In this document: one piece after another, positions 60,664-64,000 of the stretch | Layout of the letters: the number at the start of each line of letters is the position of its first letter | How positions within the stretch are numbered: position 1 is the stretch's first letter | From: a virus | Taxonomy: Duplodnaviria; Caudoviricetes | Strand: one strand, 5' to 3' | IMG/VR virus record: IMGVR_UViG_3300012984_000010 | DNA length: 64,000 bases | The notes under the pieces: model-generated | The model's database searches: none | Told to the model about the DNA's origin: nothing | The model's input: only the letters and a program-made list of their open reading frames with translations | Translations under genes and position numbers: made by a program

Positions 60664-60948
60664 TCAGCCCAACAACTCGGCTTCGATGGTTCGGTAGAGA
60701 GCGAATTCCTCTTTGAGGCATTGCTCCAACTCCGTGATCGATTGGCCACATGACCCCACCCCACGACTATCTTGAGACAGTTGGATCGAAAGAACCAGCT
60801 GGTCCTCCGAACCCTCATAGGTGGCCCACAACACCTCAATCCTAGGATACTGGCCAGCTGGGGTCCGGTAGACGGCTAGACCTTCATACTTGGACTCCAG
60901 GCGGATCAGGTCGAGGGTTCGGCCGAAAATTTGGATGGTGGGATTCAT
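60664..60948 (-). CDS. Hypothetical protein ('GRTL' paralog family)
   Basis: IQIFGRTL...GQSITELEQCLKEEF...IEAELLG; GGTGTC variant 9 nt before ATG 60948. Confidence 0.7.
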   Translation of the reverse strand: MNPTIQIFGRTLDLIRLESKYEGLAVYRTPAGQYPRIEVLWATYEGSEDQLVLSIQLSQDSRGVGSCGQSITELEQCLKEEFALYRTIEAELLG

Positions 60949-61004
60949 CGACATATAGACACCAACAGCCCTTCCGGATAAAAGATACCCGGTGTAAAGC
61001 CCAA

Positions 61005-61508
61005 ATGATGAACCGCCGATCCATGCTCCAAGCCCTCACTTGTCTGCCGGTACTCTCGATCACCTTACCCGCCGCAGCAAAAGATACCGGACCAAAAACT
61101 CCCTCGACAGGCGAACGGTTCCTCTCCGGCATGCAATACCTGCTCGATAATCACCAAAACATGGTCGACTACATGGAGCGCTTCGCCACATTGGAACCCA
61201 CAGCCAGGCAGGTGGTCGATAAGGTCCAACGGACCACCATCGCGTTGGCCCAACAACTCAAGCAGCAAGGTCTGGTCGAACACACCAAGCCTTGGAACAA
61301 TTGTAGCGAAGGAGCTGTGTTGAGGTGGGCCGATCGATTTGGCGACATGGGGCTAAATTCCCACCTGCCCTACTGTAGGCTGAACCAACCTAGGCTGGTC
61401 CCAGCCATGAGGGCGTATGAGGCCGCCAGATGGGAGTTGAAGAAATATTGCTGGGAACGCAGCGCAAAGACCCTCCGTAGTCCTTGTAGGCCGGATTATT
61501 TGGGTTGA
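61005..61508 (+). CDS. Putative Tat-exported protein
   Basis: MMNRRSMLQALTCLPVLSITLPAAA-KD; class B motif (60991-60996) 8 nt before ATG. Confidence 0.7.
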   Translation: MMNRRSMLQALTCLPVLSITLPAAAKDTGPKTPSTGERFLSGMQYLLDNHQNMVDYMERFATLEPTARQVVDKVQRTTIALAQQLKQQGLVEHTKPWNNCSEGAVLRWADRFGDMGLNSHLPYCRLNQPRLVPAMRAYEAARWELKKYCWERSAKTLRSPCRPDYLG

Positions 61509-61804
61509 GACACCGTTGCTTCATCGAAGACCATGTCGAATATTCGACTGTCGCCTGTTTCTTCGGAGCCTTGGGTTTCCTGGGCCGCTCAACCTTCTCC
61601 CTGGTAATGCGTCAGGTAGCTGCTCGTACGCAGGACTATTTTCCCGTCATCCCGCCTACATCTCCAGAGCTGATGCCCATGAGCGTCTACCTCCGCCGCT
61701 TCAACCACCGTCAGCTTCATGGCCTCGAAACGTTGATCAGTCAGATCTTTGAAGTTTACAGGCTTCACCATCCGCCAAGTCTAGCACATTTGCGCCAAAA
61801 ATAG
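61505..61804 (+). CDS. Hypothetical protein
   Basis: TTGA overlap with the upstream stop. Confidence 0.45.
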   Translation: MRHRCFIEDHVEYSTVACFFGALGFLGRSTFSLVMRQVAARTQDYFPVIPPTSPELMPMSVYLRRFNHRQLHGLETLISQIFEVYRLHHPPSLAHLRQK

Positions 61805-62002
61805 GCCGATCCAAAATTTTTGGATCCTATGGGCGATAGCCTCTGATTCAGAATCGAGCCAAAAATAGGCCGGGGTCAAAATCCGGATAGATAGGGGGAT
61901 TTGACCTATTTGCCGTTTTGAGCGGGGCGCATACTGGATACGCCATTTTGGGAGATCTGTACAGCCCGAACGGATTATCGATCGGTTCGGCCAGACGGTC
62001 AT
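61781..62002 (-). CDS. Hypothetical protein
   Basis: ORF. Confidence 0.45.
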   Translation of the reverse strand: MTVWPNRSIIRSGCTDLPKWRIQYAPRSKRQIGQIPLSIRILTPAYFWLDSESEAIAHRIQKFWIGLFLAQMC

Positions 62003-62073
62003 TTAGCGGCGGCTGGTGGGCCGGCCCGTAGCTTCGCTATGGGGAGCCAGGCCAGTCGGCCGTTGATAGTTGT

Positions 62074-62277
62074 TCAGCCTACACGGTAACGGACCGCTAC
62101 TGTCCCGACCCCTCGCTTGAGTTGTTGAAGCCTCAGTTGACTCTGCTCAAGCTGCCTGGTCAGACCAGCATACTGACGTCGAAGCTCCCAACGTTCAAAC
62201 TCCAGCGTCACCACCCACCAACAGACCATGATGAGTAGCAGCCAGGCATCTAGGATGTCGATCAGCTGTTGTTTCAT
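62074..62277 (-). CDS. Small protein with TM segment and coiled coil
   Basis: Hydrophobic residues 5-26, then a heptad-like helix. Confidence 0.6.
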   Translation of the reverse strand: MKQQLIDILDAWLLLIMVCWWVVTLEFERWELRRQYAGLTRQLEQSQLRLQQLKRGVGTVAVRYRVG

Positions 62278-62280
62278 CTA

Positions 62281-62350
62281 GGATACTTGCTGGGATTCGA
62301 ACCCAACTCTCCACCCTTATCGGGTGTGTGCACCAGTACACCAAAGTATC
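62281..62350 (-). tRNA. tRNA-Ile(GAT)-like RNA with a 5-nt anticodon loop (non-canonical or pseudo)
   Basis: Acceptor GATACTT/AAGTATC; D arm GTGT-ACTGGT-GCAC; anticodon arm CACCC-GATAA-GGGTG; T arm TTGGG-TTCGAAT-CCCAG; no encoded CCA. Confidence 0.75.
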
Positions 62351-62418
62351 GATGCCAAGACTTGACTCGGTCCTAGCTGCCTCTTGGGCCAGCTAGGCGC
62401 TCCATGCATTCTGATCTA

Positions 62419-62446
62419 TATAACGGATCAGGTGGGGGAAAGTTAA
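62419..62446 (-). promoter_or_regulatory. Class A promoter driving the tRNA-Ile-like RNA
   Basis: TTAAC-N15-CCGTTATA; leader contains hairpin CCTAGCT..GCC-CAAGA-GGC-AGCTAGG. Confidence 0.75.
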
Positions 62447-62817
62447 TAGAGCTGTGGGCCTTTTTGAGGGGGTCTGGGTGGGGCCTCAATATTCGGCTGA
62501 GGCTTGATCGTATCGATCACCAACCTGATGGCTTGATCGAGCGTCAGGCACCCTATGCCGTCCGTCTGACCGTCTGACGCCCTCTTGAGCCGGTAGCCCG
62601 TCCCCTCGGGGACGATCGTGAAGCTGTTCAGCACCATACGGATACGATGATCCGAGTCATCGTAGTGAGAGCCTCCGATCAGTCGATCGTCACATAGGTG
62701 AACGTGGAGGCCCGCCAGTTTGAGGCGTTGGTAGGCGGATTCGATGGGCGTGAGGACATCCTCAGGGGTCCACTGTAGATCTTGAGCTATGTGGAGGATG
62801 GCGGGGCTACGTTTCAT
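62443..62817 (-). CDS. Hypothetical protein
   Basis: Class B motif (62829-62834) 11 nt before ATG. Confidence 0.7.
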   Translation of the reverse strand: MKRSPAILHIAQDLQWTPEDVLTPIESAYQRLKLAGLHVHLCDDRLIGGSHYDDSDHRIRMVLNSFTIVPEGTGYRLKRASDGQTDGIGCLTLDQAIRLVIDTIKPQPNIEAPPRPPQKGPQLY

Positions 62818-62837
62818 GATCCAAATCTTACACCAAA

Positions 62838-63050
62838 CTAGCTAGATTGAGTATTGAGATACTCAATTCGATTGATCTCACTGTGGATCGGGCATAAGAT
62901 CAGCACGTCTCCATAGCCTGGTTGTCGCTCCCACCTGCAACCGCATTGGGCCACATCGCCAACGAAGTTCCGGTTGAATGGATCGCCGTGTGGGATGGTC
63001 CGATCGTGAGGCTGGCCAGATGGGGCATGGCAGAAGCGGCACTTAGCCAT
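62838..63050 (-). CDS. Small Cys/His-rich protein
   Basis: CRFC...H...CGC...CPIH; ATG 63050 or 63059. Confidence 0.65.
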   Translation of the reverse strand: MAKCRFCHAPSGQPHDRTIPHGDPFNRNFVGDVAQCGCRWERQPGYGDVLILCPIHSEINRIEYLNTQSS

Positions 63051-63246
63051 TTGGTTCAAGCTGTTCTTTGGCGTCTTGGATCAGGGCGAGGATGTGGGTA
63101 TGGTTGGTCCGCTTAGGGTCGAAGTTGGCGGGGAACTTGATCGGTTTGCTGTAGAAGTGCTCTGGATGGGGATGGGCCAGGAACTGTTCGTAGTCGAGGA
63201 TCGCTTTCTCGTAGTAGGCTCGCCGTTCTTCGGTCAGTTGTGCCAT
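63043..63246 (-). CDS. Hypothetical protein
   Basis: ORF. Confidence 0.65.
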   Translation of the reverse strand: MAQLTEERRAYYEKAILDYEQFLAHPHPEHFYSKPIKFPANFDPKRTNHTHILALIQDAKEQLEPNG

Positions 63247-63322
63247 TTGCTCACGGCGTGGGCCTCGAACCCACTTCTCTCCCTTTTAACAAGGGTCGCT
63301 CTTCCTGTTGAACTAGCCGCAA

Positions 63323-63414
63323 ACCGTCGAGGGGGAGTTGAACCCCTGGGGCGACGTCTCGCCCGATTCTGAGTTATTGGATCAGATGCTGGCAACCGGC
63401 CAACTATTCGACTG
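63323..63414 (-). tRNA. tRNA-Sec/allo-tRNA-like 92-nt RNA with a 9-nt anticodon loop (non-canonical or pseudo)
   Basis: Imperfect acceptor CAGTCGAA/CTCGACGG; 6-bp D stem GTTGGC-CGGTT-GCCAGC; TCTGA-TCCAATAAC-TCAGA; variable arm GGGCGA-GACG-TCGCCC; T arm GGGG-TTCAACT-CCCC; no CCA. Confidence 0.65.
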
Positions 63415-63450
63415 GGGGCTGTGGGTCATGACTCCGTTGCCCTTGATTGA

Positions 63451-63478
63451 TAGTACGGCCGGGGTGGGCGGGAGTTAA
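63451..63478 (-). promoter_or_regulatory. Class A promoter driving the Sec-like RNA
   Basis: TTAAC-N15-CCGTACTA, about 35 nt upstream of the cloverleaf. Confidence 0.7.
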
Positions 63479-63690
63479 CGCTTTACTCCAACTTTTAGGG
63501 TCCTACCATTGTCTGGTTTTGGAGGTACATACTCCTTTAGACCCCCAATGTATATTTGTTCATGACGGATCTCCTTACTCCAAGGATTCCACCATACACA
63601 CTTTGCAATACGTTCACCCGTCTGGAAACTTTCGATTACCATGATGGGGCTGTCCGCTGTCTTCAACGTAACGAGGTCTCCTTCTTGCAT
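63475..63690 (-). CDS. YodC/DUF2158-like protein
   Basis: GDLVTLK...P.MVI...AKCVWW; SD AAAGGAGG; class B motif at 63716-63721. Confidence 0.7.
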   Translation of the reverse strand: MQEGDLVTLKTADSPIMVIESFQTGERIAKCVWWNPWSKEIRHEQIYIGGLKEYVPPKPDNGRTLKVGVKR

Positions 63691-63763
63691 GAGAACCTCC
63701 TTTCATCCCCTCACTTACACCAGCCCTACAGCTCGTTCGGGTCAAAACGAGCTGTGAAAGCAG

Positions 63764-63994
63764 CTAGATAGCCGTCAGCCGCACCACCTCAATCGATGTC
63801 CCGCTAGCCCAGGTGGTGCTTGTGCGGCCGTCCTCGAACGTGAACCTCATCGTTTCGTTTGAATTAAGCACCGTCTTTACGACAAGTGTGGGCTTCTGAT
63901 AGCAGGGCCACCGATCGCCTGGTCGCACCATACAGGCGGGGATCCGCATCGTCTGAATCTGGATCGAGTCCGATTCCCCTGTCATCTCGGACAA
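63764..63994 (-). CDS. Hypothetical protein (start may lie beyond the window)
   Basis: RIPACMVRPGDRW...MRFTFEDG. Confidence 0.55.
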   Translation of the reverse strand: MSEMTGESDSIQIQTMRIPACMVRPGDRWPCYQKPTLVVKTVLNSNETMRFTFEDGRTSTTWASGTSIEVVRLTAI

Positions 63995-64000
63995 CAGGCG

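Noticed and set aside
2365-63721. GGTGTA as a Shine-Dalgarno variant (GGTG can pair with the anti-SD CCAC)
   Set aside because: GGTG ends about 11 nt before the start, which is too far for that register, and the invariant TA plus the palindromic pairing fit a promoter or operator better. Not fully excluded without TSS data.
1-64000. CRISPR array, rRNA, integrase or transposase
   Set aside because: The repeated motifs are promoter-sized and tied to start codons, not regularly spaced repeats with spacers. No such genes were recognised.

Overview
Accessory region of a large tailed-phage genome (~55% GC). It holds about 150 short, tightly packed CDS, mostly + strand to ~18.4 kb and mostly - strand after that. 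The host is inferred to be a Myxococcota/deltaproteobacterium from host-like RRM, NadD and FliA/WhiG-type proteins. There is no rRNA, CRISPR array, integrase or transposase. Recognisable enzymes are NADAR, two Mesh1/SpoT-type HD hydrolases, a class II aaRS-like catalytic domain, a MazG-like protein, an RNA ligase, a SemiSWEET/PQ-loop protein, an RRM protein, a metallophosphoesterase, a CCA-enzyme-type HD domain, NadD, dUTPase, AlkB, DUF4419 and a sigma-28-family factor. Reading the DNA directly gives five main results. (1) Two repeated promoter-like motifs sit at fixed distances from start codons: class A, TTAA(C/G/T)-N15-CCGTTCTA-N5-7-ATG, in over 30 copies, and class B, GGTGTA-N8-11-start, in about 35 copies, often as back-to-back palindromes. 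They correct many starts and reveal ORFs missed by the track. (2) Three separate genes each appear to carry a different segment of an HK97-type major capsid protein, two of them fused to twin-arginine/hydrophobic leaders; there is also a terminase ATPase lacking its nuclease domain. (3) A shared C-terminal peptide tag, [RK]xS[RS]Y[DEAQ]xLL, ends at least 7 mostly unrelated proteins. (4) Two promoter-driven tRNA-like RNAs have abnormal anticodon loops, and there are four other structured ncRNA candidates. (5) Three tandem lectin-like paralogs share a 13-aa N-terminal peptide. All family assignments come from motif recognition by eye; no searches were run.
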